A program made the translations under genes and the position numbers. Of a DNA stretch of 45,811 nt, positions 1 through 9,128 are shown one piece after another. Where the stretch lies: positions 1 to 45,811 of the IMG/VR virus record IMGVR_UViG_3300048881_000514, one strand, 5' to 3'. This DNA is from a virus (taxonomy: Duplodnaviria > Caudoviricetes). Every line of letters begins with the position of its first letter. The stretch's first letter is position 1. The notes under the pieces were generated by a model. That model had not been told where the DNA came from. It ran no database searches and saw only the letters and a list, made by a program, of their open reading frames with translations.

Positions 1-2
1 GC

Positions 3-230
3 AGAAGCAGAAGCAGAAGCAAGAAAGAGCTACCTATGGAGGAGGTTATTAAGGATTATGAATCGGGTATATCCTTATATAAATTAAAGGACAAATATAA
101 AGTTAGTAGGAGGACATTAAGAAGAAGGCTTGTAGAAAGTGGTAAGGTTTTGCGTGGGGGGGTGGATATAAAGAAAGAGATACTTAAATATATTGAAGAG
201 AATCCTTTAACAATCCCAACAGGAAAATAG
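3..230 (+). CDS. HTH DNA-binding protein, 5'-truncated by the window edge
   Basis: The frame is open from position 3 (RSRSRSKKELPMEEVIKDY...). The HTH-like segment LPMEEVIKDYESGISLYKLKDKYKVSRRTLRRRL resembles the C-terminus of 10954..11361. Its stop TAG lies inside the 40-bp repeat. Confidence 0.7.
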   Translation, partial: RSRSRSKKELPMEEVIKDYESGISLYKLKDKYKVSRRTLRRRLVESGKVLRGGVDIKKEILKYIEENPLTIPTGK

Positions 231-260
231 GGTGTGAAACAAGATCCCTATATAAGAGTG
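221..260 (+). promoter_or_regulatory. ~40-bp dispersed repeat, copy 1 (putative phage early promoter/cassette boundary)
   Basis: AGGAAAATAGGGTGTGAAACAAGATCCCTATATAAGAGTG; identical to copy 3; lies ~45 nt upstream of an ATG. Confidence 0.8.
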
Positions 261-281
261 AGGGGGGTAATTTTAACAATC

Positions 282-300
282 AGAACTCGAAGGGAGTTTT
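282..300 (+). promoter_or_regulatory. Pentaloop hairpin overlapping the SD (AGAACTC-GAAGG-GAGTTTT)
   Basis: Inverted repeat directly before ATG 304; recurs before many genes in 1-12 kb. Confidence 0.65.
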
Positions 301-303
301 ATT

Positions 304-987
304 ATGGGAGCAAAGAAAGAAGTTTTTGAGCGTATGCGACTATGCGAACAGCCAATCTTGTGGGTCAATCCGTTATCAATCCCTTTTGTCAGAGCAAATT
401 GGGAAGATGTTCCTCTTGGTGTCGCAGAAGGTGATAGTAGAGTCTTCATCTTAAATGGGGATAACTCTTTCAAGATTACGAACACATCATATAGTTCAAA
501 TAAACTGAGTAATCTCAGATCAGAGGAGGTGATCCGCAAAGTCATCTTAAAAGACTTCGTGGGGAGTGAAACCTACTTCATGGAGGACTTCATCTATAAG
601 AATCGTGATGAGTGGGGTTCATGGGATCTCCAAGACATTTATGATCGTTCTTGTCGAGCATATTGGTTTGACAAAAGAAGAACGGCTGACATTCACGAGA
701 TTGCAAAAAAGTATGGCTTATCGGGTATGCGTCCAAAATATTTCTTTCAGGACAATCTTAAATATCTTGTAGGAAAGAACGCACACATTAAGATTAACAA
801 CAACTACAATGACCCTGTGGGAGAAAGTTATCTTGGTCAAACTTGTACGATTGAGTATGAGAGATTTGGGATTGACAATAAGCCTCTCTCTTATACTTTT
901 GCGGGTGCTACAAACATAGTAGCGACTTTCTCAGACGGTACAGTTATTGAGAGGTTTCCCGAAATGTACTTACAACCTATTATTTAA
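304..987 (+). CDS. hypothetical protein
   Basis: 227-aa ORF with GGAG SD, downstream of the repeat element. Confidence 0.75.
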   Translation: MGAKKEVFERMRLCEQPILWVNPLSIPFVRANWEDVPLGVAEGDSRVFILNGDNSFKITNTSYSSNKLSNLRSEEVIRKVILKDFVGSETYFMEDFIYKNRDEWGSWDLQDIYDRSCRAYWFDKRRTADIHEIAKKYGLSGMRPKYFFQDNLKYLVGKNAHIKINNNYNDPVGESYLGQTCTIEYERFGIDNKPLSYTFAGATNIVATFSDGTVIERFPEMYLQPII

Positions 988-993
988 GGAGTC

Positions 994-1329
994 GTGATAG
1001 TTATGATATGTTTATCTGATTGGAATTTATCTAATGTAGATTGGTCGGAAATGGATTTATCTAATGTAGATTTATCAGGGGTGAACTTTGAGAACTCTAA
1101 TCTCAGGGGATGTAAGTTCGATGGGGCTGACCTTACAAATGTTAGCTTCAGAAATGCAAACTTAGCTGGAGCTGATTTCAGTAGAGCGAACCTTGAAGGA
1201 GCTGATTTCAAGGGAGCTACTCTGTGGGGAGTGGATTTTAGAGAGACATCATGTCTTAACAACATGAAAGGAATCATACATAATTATTCGCAAGCGTGGT
1301 GGCCCGCCCACCCTAACCCACCATACTAA
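994..1329 (+). CDS. pentapeptide repeat protein
   Basis: A(D/N)LxG-type repeats: SNLRGCKFDGADLTNVSFRNANLAGADFSRANLEGADFKGA; AAGGAG SD. Confidence 0.9.
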   Translation: MIVMICLSDWNLSNVDWSEMDLSNVDLSGVNFENSNLRGCKFDGADLTNVSFRNANLAGADFSRANLEGADFKGATLWGVDFRETSCLNNMKGIIHNYSQAWWPAHPNPPY

Positions 1330-1342
1330 GGGAGTTTAGATT

Positions 1343-1804
1343 ATGAGAGATATTATGGATGTTATTTTTGACTCCATTGGGTCTTACTCTTTCTGTTGGG
1401 ATGAAGATCTATTAACAGTAGAAGCAAAGAAAGTTAAGTTTAATAACCCTTACCTTAATCATTCTTTCTTCAACATTTCAGTTTACTATCAAAACCCAAA
1501 AGACCACCCCCATTACCACGATAAGACTTGGGTGTATGGGGTGGACTTATTTAAAGCAGGAAAGAACATGACTGAGGGTCAAGTGCTGAAAGAGTATGGG
1601 GGTCTGATCAAGAAAGAATGCCTAAAGAAAACAGAAAGAAGAGTTTTAGAATTAGTCGCACGAGCTGATTTTCAAGGCAAACGGGATGGGGTTCTTGAGT
1701 TAGAGGGTAACCTAGAAATAGTAGAGATTTCTGCGACTGCTAGTTTCGGATTTTTTACGAAGAGCGGAAAGCATTATTTATATGATGATCTGATTGCTCA
1801 ATAG
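1343..1804 (+). CDS. hypothetical protein
   Basis: 153-aa ORF with GGGAG SD. Confidence 0.7.
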   Translation: MRDIMDVIFDSIGSYSFCWDEDLLTVEAKKVKFNNPYLNHSFFNISVYYQNPKDHPHYHDKTWVYGVDLFKAGKNMTEGQVLKEYGGLIKKECLKKTERRVLELVARADFQGKRDGVLELEGNLEIVEISATASFGFFTKSGKHYLYDDLIAQ

Positions 1805-1841
1805 TGATTTCTATACGGAGATTTTCGATTAATGTGAAATA

Positions 1842-1882
1842 AGGAAAATAGGGGATGTAACAAGATTCCTATATAAGAATGT
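1842..1882 (+). promoter_or_regulatory. ~40-bp dispersed repeat, copy 2
   Basis: AGGAAAATAGGGGATGTAACAAGATTCCTATATAAGAATGT. Confidence 0.8.
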
Positions 1883-1916
1883 AAGTCTAACAAAAAGCTC
1901 GAAGGGGGCAAACAAC

Positions 1917-3353
1917 ATGAGACGAATAATTAAAACATCAAAGACACCCGAAGATTCTTTCTTCCGTATAATACAGTCGAGTGTACGGATGAAGGGGATC
2001 GTTGACTTTCAAAAAAAGGCAATTAAGAAGTGGAAGGGCATACCACATCTTACGAACCGCATTGCAGAAGCGATGGAAAGAAGTTGGTCGGACTCAGCTT
2101 TGAGAGGGGAGTGGATGATCGAATGCTGTGGTTTTTTGATGGGTTCTATTAGAACAGAACATGGGGTTGAAGCTCTTAATGCTCTTTATCTTAATGAACA
2201 AGAGGGGTTTTTAGAAGATGAAGTAGACGCTCCAAATTTAATAGTCGGAGACAACAAATACAGTCTTAGACAAATATCTTTAGCTATGCTGTTGTCGAAC
2301 ACTGTGTGTGACCCACTTGTTTCGTATTATTCGCTGTGGGGTGCGAAAGAGCTGTCTCCCTCACATCAGCTTCTTGAAGAGTTTACTATTTTAGAGAGCG
2401 GGTATGACTTTGAGAATCTTCCTTTTCTGAGTTGGGTGAACTTGAAAGGTTTTGGTCTAAAATCAAGCACTCACTCATGTATTATAGACTATGGTCAGAT
2501 AGACTATACAATCACTGAAGATATTATAGGTGTGATGGTCGTCAATCTCAATGAAGTGTATAAGAAGAATAAATTACTCATAAATCCGCTAAGATTGTGG
2601 GATGAAGTTGCTTATACCTTCAATCAAGAAGAGTACATCCAAGAAGCATACAAAGATCATGTGATGTTCTGTGTATTTACTACTAAGAAAACAAACCCTG
2701 ATACTGATGTTGTTCTGAATGGAACATTTATTTGTCATTTCGATCAAGTGGAAGAACAAATCTGTCTTATAAGTGAAGGATTGGGGGAGAGCCTTTCTGC
2801 GATGTTCATGCCTGGCTGTGGTCGTAGGGTGGGTATTGAAGAGGGGGTGTCTTCAGGTCAAGATCTCTCAGATTATGGGTTGGCTTTTGATCTTGCACTG
2901 AAGACTATCAAGTACAGCCAAGACGCAGAGAAAGTCTCCACTTCAAGTAGCTATCCACATCCGATTCAAATGTATTCAAATCAAAGTCCGAAAAGTCAGA
3001 GAAAGAAAAAAGGCAAGAAAGTAAAGAACAGGACAAAGTACTTTCAGATTGAGTATTTGAAGAAGCCTTCCACTGATAACTTGCCTCAGTGGTTCAAGAA
3101 AGATAATAAGCCTTCAACTCCGAGAGCAAAGTCTTGCGACCCTCGCTTCATGAGCAGTCATTATCGTAGGATTTGGGTTACTGATTCTTATATTGAGAAG
3201 AAAGAAATCCCCGAAGAGCAAATTCTTGCAATAGACGAGAGCCGACCTCGCTATAACAAACATGGGGTTTTGATTTACAAGAAGCGAAGTCTTGTTGCGA
3301 TCAAGATCGACACAGGGCATGAGCCTCTCGCCACCGTAACACGCATGAGCTAA
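1917..3353 (+). CDS. hypothetical protein (basic C-terminal region)
   Basis: 478-aa ORF after repeat copy 2; K/R-rich C-terminus; no family recognised. Confidence 0.8.
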   Translation: MRRIIKTSKTPEDSFFRIIQSSVRMKGIVDFQKKAIKKWKGIPHLTNRIAEAMERSWSDSALRGEWMIECCGFLMGSIRTEHGVEALNALYLNEQEGFLEDEVDAPNLIVGDNKYSLRQISLAMLLSNTVCDPLVSYYSLWGAKELSPSHQLLEEFTILESGYDFENLPFLSWVNLKGFGLKSSTHSCIIDYGQIDYTITEDIIGVMVVNLNEVYKKNKLLINPLRLWDEVAYTFNQEEYIQEAYKDHVMFCVFTTKKTNPDTDVVLNGTFICHFDQVEEQICLISEGLGESLSAMFMPGCGRRVGIEEGVSSGQDLSDYGLAFDLALKTIKYSQDAEKVSTSSSYPHPIQMYSNQSPKSQRKKKGKKVKNRTKYFQIEYLKKPSTDNLPQWFKKDNKPSTPRAKSCDPRFMSSHYRRIWVTDSYIEKKEIPEEQILAIDESRPRYNKHGVLIYKKRSLVAIKIDTGHEPLATVTRMS

Positions 3354-3375
3354 GAGTAGGGGTGAAAGGAATGAT

Positions 3376-3415
3376 AGGAAAATAGGGTGTGAAACAAGAT
3401 CCCTATATAAGAGTG
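3376..3415 (+). promoter_or_regulatory. ~40-bp dispersed repeat, copy 3
   Basis: Identical to copy 1 over 40 bp. Confidence 0.8.
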
Positions 3416-3443
3416 ATCCTATCAACACACACTTGGAGAGAAG

Positions 3444-4040
3444 ATGGATTTTTCAACATACATACAAAGCTGTGGTGGCAAGCCTGATTGTCTTCACCAA
3501 TTTCCGTACACGAAGTCTTGCTTCGATAATCTTTCTGAAGAAGAGAAGTCTCTTTTGACATTGGATGCAACCAATCTTTCATCAACTGACATTCATTTTT
3601 CTAACTTCATCTTCTTAGATGAAGCAAGTCCCGATCTTGTTATCTTGTGGTCGCTTAAAGCTCTTTCAGAGATGGGTGGGAGAATTCATGAAGATGATGT
3701 TAAAACTGCTGAAGAGAATGATTGCTACTATGTCTGCATTATCTTTGAGGGAGTGAAAGACGGGGTGTTTTACATCGAGATAAAGAAAGAAGAGAAGGGG
3801 GTGCGATATAAAGTTTGGGGTAGCTACTCAGATGAGAGGCATGAACAAATCTCAAACAAGTACAAAGGCAAGATCAAGGAAGACCCCTCTCTTTTTGTTA
3901 AGTGGATTATGGAGAGCGTACCTAAGATTAAAAATCAAGAGGGTGTTATCACTTATGATGATTTCGGCTATGATTCAGATGACATTTTGGTCGGTCTGAG
4001 AAAGTCAGTTCAGAGCTTTAAGGAGATAGAATTTGGATAA
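3444..4040 (+). CDS. hypothetical protein
   Basis: 198-aa ORF with GGAG SD, after repeat copy 3. Confidence 0.75.
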   Translation: MDFSTYIQSCGGKPDCLHQFPYTKSCFDNLSEEEKSLLTLDATNLSSTDIHFSNFIFLDEASPDLVILWSLKALSEMGGRIHEDDVKTAEENDCYYVCIIFEGVKDGVFYIEIKKEEKGVRYKVWGSYSDERHEQISNKYKGKIKEDPSLFVKWIMESVPKIKNQEGVITYDDFGYDSDDILVGLRKSVQSFKEIEFG

Positions 4041-4069
4041 CTAACTAGCTAACTCGAAAGGAGTTTAAG

Positions 4070-4609
4070 ATGAAGATTACTAATAGACAATATGCTCACT
4101 TAGCGTGGCTCTTTGAGTCTCCATTCCCTCGTTATTTTAGAGAAAGATATTGTAGAGGGAACTCTTATAATTCTATGAAAAAAGTACAAGACAATCTCGT
4201 AAAGAAAGGTCTTGTTAAGATTATTAGGTTTAACAACGAATACTATAATCGTTGCCTTGAAGAATATAACAAAAACAACAACAGATATACAAAAGAGGAT
4301 CTTCAAGAGGATTATGAGTATTGTTATCACAATGTAGACAAAGTTTGGGCTTATAGAAAGTGGATGACTCACGAAGAAGTCGTGTTGGAAAAGCACCCTC
4401 CATATGTAAGAGATTGGAGACATAAACCTTACAATTGTGAGTACCCAAGTCTTACTGAGGAAGGTGTAGTAGCCGTTATCAGAAAGTTTGGTATGAAATC
4501 AGATAGCAAACTGTGGGTTTATGTTCCCTTTAGTTTTGCACATAATAGAGATTACCCCTGCGTTGATTATGATGACAAATGGCGAATTGAATGGATGACA
4601 AATGAATAA
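4070..4609 (+). CDS. tandem paralog 1 of 4, putative winged-helix protein
   Basis: MKITxRQY.HL.WLFE...KVQDNLV.KGLVKI...KVWAYR.WMTH...YPSLTEEG; LxxKGLV...LTxxG is a wHTH signature. Confidence 0.8.
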   Translation: MKITNRQYAHLAWLFESPFPRYFRERYCRGNSYNSMKKVQDNLVKKGLVKIIRFNNEYYNRCLEEYNKNNNRYTKEDLQEDYEYCYHNVDKVWAYRKWMTHEEVVLEKHPPYVRDWRHKPYNCEYPSLTEEGVVAVIRKFGMKSDSKLWVYVPFSFAHNRDYPCVDYDDKWRIEWMTNE

Positions 4610-4626
4610 CTCGAAAGGAGTTTAAG

Positions 4627-5175
4627 ATGAAGATTACGACAAGACAATATACCCATTTAGTTTGGCTCTTTGAGTCTCCCTTTCCTCGTTATTTTAATGA
4701 TGAGCAAACATTAAATAACTTCAATAAGACGCAAAAAGTACAAGACAATCTCGTAGAGAAAGGTCTTGTTAAGATAGTTAAGAATGACAGTTGGGCTTGG
4801 AATTTTTACCTTGAGAAATATAACAAAGGCACAGAAGAACATGAGAGAACACTTAAAAGGAAATATGAATATTGTTATCAGAATACAGATAAGGTGTGGG
4901 CATACCGACAGTGGATGACCCACAAAGAAATCGCCTCGAAGAAACACCCCCATCCATATATAGATCGACAGCGGGAGGAGAGAGGGGGGAGTTTTGAATA
5001 CCCAAGTCTTACTGAGGAAGGGGTGGTGGCTGTTCTCAGAAAGTTTGGATTGCGTTCAGATAGCAAACTTGTTCCTTTTGTCCCTGTTCGTCATAGAAAT
5101 ATTAAGCAAGCCGAAGATTACCACTACGTTAATGATGATGACAAATGGCGAATTGAGTGGGTAGAAACTAACTAA
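4627..5175 (+). CDS. tandem paralog 2 of 4, putative winged-helix protein
   Basis: Same conserved blocks and the same AACTCGAAAGGAGTTTAAGATG leader. Confidence 0.8.
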   Translation: MKITTRQYTHLVWLFESPFPRYFNDEQTLNNFNKTQKVQDNLVEKGLVKIVKNDSWAWNFYLEKYNKGTEEHERTLKRKYEYCYQNTDKVWAYRQWMTHKEIASKKHPHPYIDRQREERGGSFEYPSLTEEGVVAVLRKFGLRSDSKLVPFVPVRHRNIKQAEDYHYVNDDDKWRIEWVETN

Positions 5176-5192
5176 CTCGAAAGGAGTTTAAG

Positions 5193-5771
5193 ATGAAGAT
5201 TACTATGAGGCAATATGCCCATTTAGCTTGGCTCTTTGAGTCTCCCTTTCCTCGTTATTTTAAAGATAGATGGTATGGGGGGAAATCTTTTGCTTCTATG
5301 CAAAAAGTACAAGACAATCTCGTAGAGAAAGGTCTTGTTAAGATAGTTAAGTATGACAACTTTCAATATAATTATTGTCTTGAGGAGTATAAGAAAGGCA
5401 ATGATACAAAAGAGGAGCTTCAAGAGTGGAAGGAATATTGTTATCACAATGTAGACAAAGTGTGGGCATACCGACAGTGGATGACTCACGAAGAATATGC
5501 ATCGAGAAATCTTAAAGAATTAAGGGAAGAACTAAACACGTTTTTCTGTCGCTATCAGTTTCAGACACCCTTTCCACTACCTGCATCTCTAGTAAGTTTT
5601 GAGGATAGAAGTCACGACCATTGGAATATGGCACATGAATGTGAGTACCCAAGTCTTACTGAGGATGGGGTGGTAGCTGTTCTCAGAAAGTTTGGATTGC
5701 GTTCAGATAGCAAACTTGAGGTATCTGCTCCCGAACCCAAATGGAGAGTTGAATGGAAAGAAAATAAATAA
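5193..5771 (+). CDS. tandem paralog 3 of 4, putative winged-helix protein
   Basis: Same conserved blocks and leader. Confidence 0.8.
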   Translation: MKITMRQYAHLAWLFESPFPRYFKDRWYGGKSFASMQKVQDNLVEKGLVKIVKYDNFQYNYCLEEYKKGNDTKEELQEWKEYCYHNVDKVWAYRQWMTHEEYASRNLKELREELNTFFCRYQFQTPFPLPASLVSFEDRSHDHWNMAHECEYPSLTEDGVVAVLRKFGLRSDSKLEVSAPEPKWRVEWKENK

Positions 5772-5798
5772 ATAACTAACTCGAAAGGAGTTTTTAAG

Positions 5799-6323
5799 AT
5801 GAAGATTACTATGAGGCAATATGCCTACCTTGCGTGGCTCTTTGAGTACCCCGTTGATTACCAACACTGTACTTTCTCTTTTCGTCATTCGGGTCATGCT
5901 CGAAAGGTAGAGAAAGCTCTCGTAGAGAAAGGTCTTGTTAAGATTGTTGAGTATAACAGAAGATTATACAAATTGTATTTAGTAGAATACAAGGAAGGAA
6001 AGATAACAAAAGAGGAGCTTAAAGATTATAAGGAAGGATGCTTTCAAAATACAGAGAAAGTGTGGGCTTATAGACAGTGGATGACTCACGAAGAAATCGT
6101 ATCGAGGAATCAAGACCAACACAGAATATCTACCAGACATAGTACGAATAAAGATAGGGTGATATACCCAAGTCTTACCGAGGAAGGTGTGGTAGCTGTT
6201 CTCAGAAAGTTTGGTTTAAAAGCAGATAGCAAACTTGAGGTGTATGCTCCCCAACCCTACGTCCCAAAAGCTAGTCATAGAGCTAAATGGCGAGTTGAAT
6301 GGAAAGAAGCAACAGATATATAA
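5799..6323 (+). CDS. tandem paralog 4 of 4, putative winged-helix protein
   Basis: Same conserved blocks and near-identical leader. Confidence 0.8.
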   Translation: MKITMRQYAYLAWLFEYPVDYQHCTFSFRHSGHARKVEKALVEKGLVKIVEYNRRLYKLYLVEYKEGKITKEELKDYKEGCFQNTEKVWAYRQWMTHEEIVSRNQDQHRISTRHSTNKDRVIYPSLTEEGVVAVLRKFGLKADSKLEVYAPQPYVPKASHRAKWRVEWKEATDI

Positions 6324-6335
6324 GGAGATAAGATT

Positions 6336-6500
6336 ATGACACCGATTGTTCATGTACCGAGTGAATGGATTCTTGCTTATTGGTTAGGCATTGGAGTGCT
6401 TCTTTACTTAGCCAATAAGAATGTGAGGGTGATCGCTTTTGCAGGAGTCTTTGCTTACTTTCTAGGACTCACCATTGGATTGAGGGTTTATTATGGGTGA
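6336..6500 (+). CDS. small membrane protein (54 aa, not in ORF track)
   Basis: TAAGGAG SD; MTPIVHVPSEWILAYWLGIGVLLYLANKNVRVIAFAGVFAYFLGLTIGLRVYYG has two hydrophobic segments. Confidence 0.65.
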   Translation: MTPIVHVPSEWILAYWLGIGVLLYLANKNVRVIAFAGVFAYFLGLTIGLRVYYG

Positions 6501-6510
6501 TCTACACAAC

Positions 6511-6550
6511 AGGAAAATAGGGTATGAAACAAGATTCCTATATAGAATGT
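6511..6550 (+). promoter_or_regulatory. ~40-bp dispersed repeat, copy 4
   Basis: AGGAAAATAGGGTATGAAACAAGATTCCTATATAGAATGT. Confidence 0.8.
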
Positions 6551-6576
6551 AAAGACCTCTAAACTTAAAAGGAGAT

Positions 6577-7167
6577 ATGATGGTTACTTTTAATTGTGTC
6601 AAAAGCGAAGACTTGAACACCTTTGAGATTAACGTAGGGTGGTCAGACTCACCTCTCGGCTCTATTACTGTATGTAGTGATAATAGAGCTGTGCTTGAGC
6701 TACAGGCTGGCATTTCGTTTTATAATCTTTTCCACTTCGCTTCTTTCTCTGAAGCTAAAGATTTCGTCCTTAAGAACTTTGTCAGCTTGGAATCATCGGT
6801 AAGAGGTCTTACTCAAAAAAGGTTGTTGAGTTTTAGTGAGGATAAAATTCCTTGCCTTGCTTATCACGACTCTAAGTATAATTTCAAACGGACGAAGGGT
6901 GGGTGGTTCATTCAAAACTTTGATGACCATCTGCAACTAGAGGGAACTGTAGGTTCAATCAGTCGAGGTAAATACGGGGCGAGGTATTGGCTATGGATTG
7001 GTGGTCTGATCGTCTACTCTGACCCTGACTTACCAAACATCAAGAAAGTTGCCATTGAACTGCTCAATGGTAAGAAAGATCTTTATGACAGTATGTACGC
7101 CTGGCAGAGTAAATATTATCGTCAGTGTATTCTGCTTGGGGCGAAAGGACTGACGAAACGAAAATAG
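6577..7167 (+). CDS. hypothetical protein, paralog of 7229..7825
   Basis: Shares LKNFVS, GGWFIQN, VGSISRGKYGA and DLPNIKKVA.ELLNGKKDL..YAWQSKY with the next gene. Confidence 0.8.
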   Translation: MMVTFNCVKSEDLNTFEINVGWSDSPLGSITVCSDNRAVLELQAGISFYNLFHFASFSEAKDFVLKNFVSLESSVRGLTQKRLLSFSEDKIPCLAYHDSKYNFKRTKGGWFIQNFDDHLQLEGTVGSISRGKYGARYWLWIGGLIVYSDPDLPNIKKVAIELLNGKKDLYDSMYAWQSKYYRQCILLGAKGLTKRK

Positions 7168-7197
7168 GGGGTGTAACAAGATTCCTATATAGAATGT
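7158..7197 (+). promoter_or_regulatory. ~40-bp dispersed repeat, copy 5
   Basis: ACGAAAATAGGGGGTGTAACAAGATTCCTATATAGAATGT; supplies the stop codon of 6577..7167. Confidence 0.8.
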
Positions 7198-7228
7198 AAA
7201 GACCACTAAACTTAAAAGGAAAGATAAG

Positions 7229-7825
7229 ATGGTTGAGTTAATAGAGATAGAAGACCGCTTTGATATTAAAGTGGGGTGGACGGATTTACTACAAGCTAAA
7301 CTACTCAAAGCTGAAGTTAAAATATCCATTACCGCTAAAAATGAATATCATAGAGAAATACTCATCCCTTTCAATGATCTCTCTGAGGCGAAAGAATTCA
7401 CCCTTAAGAACTTTGTCAGCATGGAAGCATTGGTACGAGGTATTACTCTCAAAACGATAGCGGATAAACTTAATGAGAGTGCTATTCCTTGTCTCGGTTA
7501 TTACGACTCTAAATATGTCTTTGACCGTACAAGGGGTGGGTGGTTCATTCAAAACCCTGCTAACCATGTAGACGGAAATTATAACCCTGTAGGGTCAATC
7601 AGTCGAGGTAAATACGGTGCGTGGTATTGGCTACGACTCGGTGGTCTGATTGTTTCTTCAGATTCCGATCTGCCAAACATCAAGAAAGTTGCCGTTGAGC
7701 TACTCAACGGTAAGAAAGATCTCCACGACACTGTGTACGCTTGGCAGAGTAAATATTTGCGTCAGCAACTAGCTTACCTCAATCAAACACTCACTCATGA
7801 ACAGCAAAGCCCTCCCAAAGTCTAA
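7229..7825 (+). CDS. hypothetical protein, paralog of 6577..7167
   Basis: C-terminal half highly similar to the preceding gene. Confidence 0.8.
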   Translation: MVELIEIEDRFDIKVGWTDLLQAKLLKAEVKISITAKNEYHREILIPFNDLSEAKEFTLKNFVSMEALVRGITLKTIADKLNESAIPCLGYYDSKYVFDRTRGGWFIQNPANHVDGNYNPVGSISRGKYGAWYWLRLGGLIVSSDSDLPNIKKVAVELLNGKKDLHDTVYAWQSKYLRQQLAYLNQTLTHEQQSPPKV

Positions 7826-7855
7826 AACAAAAAATATCGGAAGGATCACATCAAA

Positions 7856-8359
7856 ATGTCTTACATTCAGATTACACGAACAGACCTCGAAACTTGGCTC
7901 GACTCACTCCCATTTGATTGGGAACGTGTTGCAGGTAAAGAGGGTATTTATCACATTAACTGTAGCGACATGGTTGCTATCAAACTTTCTTCAACTCAGA
8001 CTCAACATGATGAGGCAATGGGTAATGGTCATGCAAGCATGAATCTGAGCCTTGTGTCTAAACTCAATGGTTGGGCTTTGAACAAGAAAGCGAGAGATCG
8101 CAAGCACTTCAAGAGAACGGACAATTGGAAGGATACTTGGGCTGATGGTGTCTTCCATTGGATTTCAGAGTATTCCTCAAAGGCTTCGTTCTACGAGAAG
8201 ATAGCTGACAGAGAGTCTTACAAGGCGAAGTGGCTTGCGATTATCGGAGCTTCACCCAACAGCGTTTCTAATCCTACCCTCAGACGCTTACATGAGAAGC
8301 TGATGGAAGGTGGGGTTTTGTGGGATAATGAAGAAGCCAAGATCCGAAGTTTAGTCTGA
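7856..8359 (+). CDS. hypothetical protein
   Basis: 167-aa ORF with AAGGA SD. Confidence 0.75.
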   Translation: MSYIQITRTDLETWLDSLPFDWERVAGKEGIYHINCSDMVAIKLSSTQTQHDEAMGNGHASMNLSLVSKLNGWALNKKARDRKHFKRTDNWKDTWADGVFHWISEYSSKASFYEKIADRESYKAKWLAIIGASPNSVSNPTLRRLHEKLMEGGVLWDNEEAKIRSLV

Positions 8360-8471
8360 GACTAACATACAAGGATTACCTGAACGTCTTCAACTACGGG
8401 AAAGCATCCATCTAAGAGTTGCAAGAATGTCTCTTAGTTTGAACGGTACTAATTTCAAAGGAAATGAGATT

Positions 8472-8861
8472 ATGAAGATTAAAGAATTGAAAGCAAAGAT
8501 TGAAGAGGTTTTGAGCCTCAATCCGAAGTTGACCTATGAGGGCTTCGCACTCCCTCAATCACGAGGAAGACCCTCACAACGCCAAGAGCGTCTACAGGCT
8601 CTCCGAGATAAGCTCCTCTCCCCCGAAGGGGTACACGAGGTCAAAGTGGTCGTGAAGTGGCTTCAGACTTCAAAGAGAGCAAGACGAACGAAGTTGATGA
8701 ATACTCGCTATTCGTCATTCGGCTTAAAGACTTACGTTGAGACTGACACAGGGTCTTACATTAGCAACGGTTCTTTCATCGTTGGAGCTATGCTTTGTGG
8801 ATGTCGAGCCGAGCAAGTCAGCACGAGCGAGAACGCAATCCTTAACCTAAGAATCCGATAG
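8472..8861 (+). CDS. hypothetical protein with SS(Y/F)GLK..VE...Y.SNG motif
   Basis: Start moved to the ATG after AAAGGA; motif YSSFGLKTYVE...YISNGSFI. Confidence 0.7.
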   Translation: MKIKELKAKIEEVLSLNPKLTYEGFALPQSRGRPSQRQERLQALRDKLLSPEGVHEVKVVVKWLQTSKRARRTKLMNTRYSSFGLKTYVETDTGSYISNGSFIVGAMLCGCRAEQVSTSENAILNLRIR

Positions 8862-8870
8862 GAGCAAAGC

Positions 8871-9125
8871 ATGAGTAGAGGAAGAAATAAGACCCCGGCT
8901 GAGAGAGCCTTAGAAGCCATCTGTACTATGGCAGGAGTACCATTCAAAGAGTTTGAAGAGCTACTTGAGAAGTCTCAAGGAAATAAAGCTACTGAGAGAG
9001 AGTTTCCTGAGTCATCATACGAGATGGTGAGGGACTCTTATTTCAAGAACTCGTCTGTCAGTGAATCTCAATGGAAAGAGCTTTATCAACACATCAAATC
9101 ACCTAAGACTAACTTTGGAGGTTAA
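8871..9125 (+). CDS. hypothetical protein
   Basis: 84 aa with AGGAG SD. Confidence 0.7.
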   Translation: MSRGRNKTPAERALEAICTMAGVPFKEFEELLEKSQGNKATEREFPESSYEMVRDSYFKNSSVSESQWKELYQHIKSPKTNFGG

Positions 9126-9128
9126 CTA

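Noticed and set aside
1-20. (GCAGAA)n hexamer repeat
   Set aside because: It is truncated by the window edge and is most simply a low-complexity linker in the first ORF.
4070-6323. Diversity-generating retroelement (TR/VR pairs)
   Set aside because: No reverse transcriptase in the window. Differences between copies are block replacements and indels, not adenine-specific substitutions.
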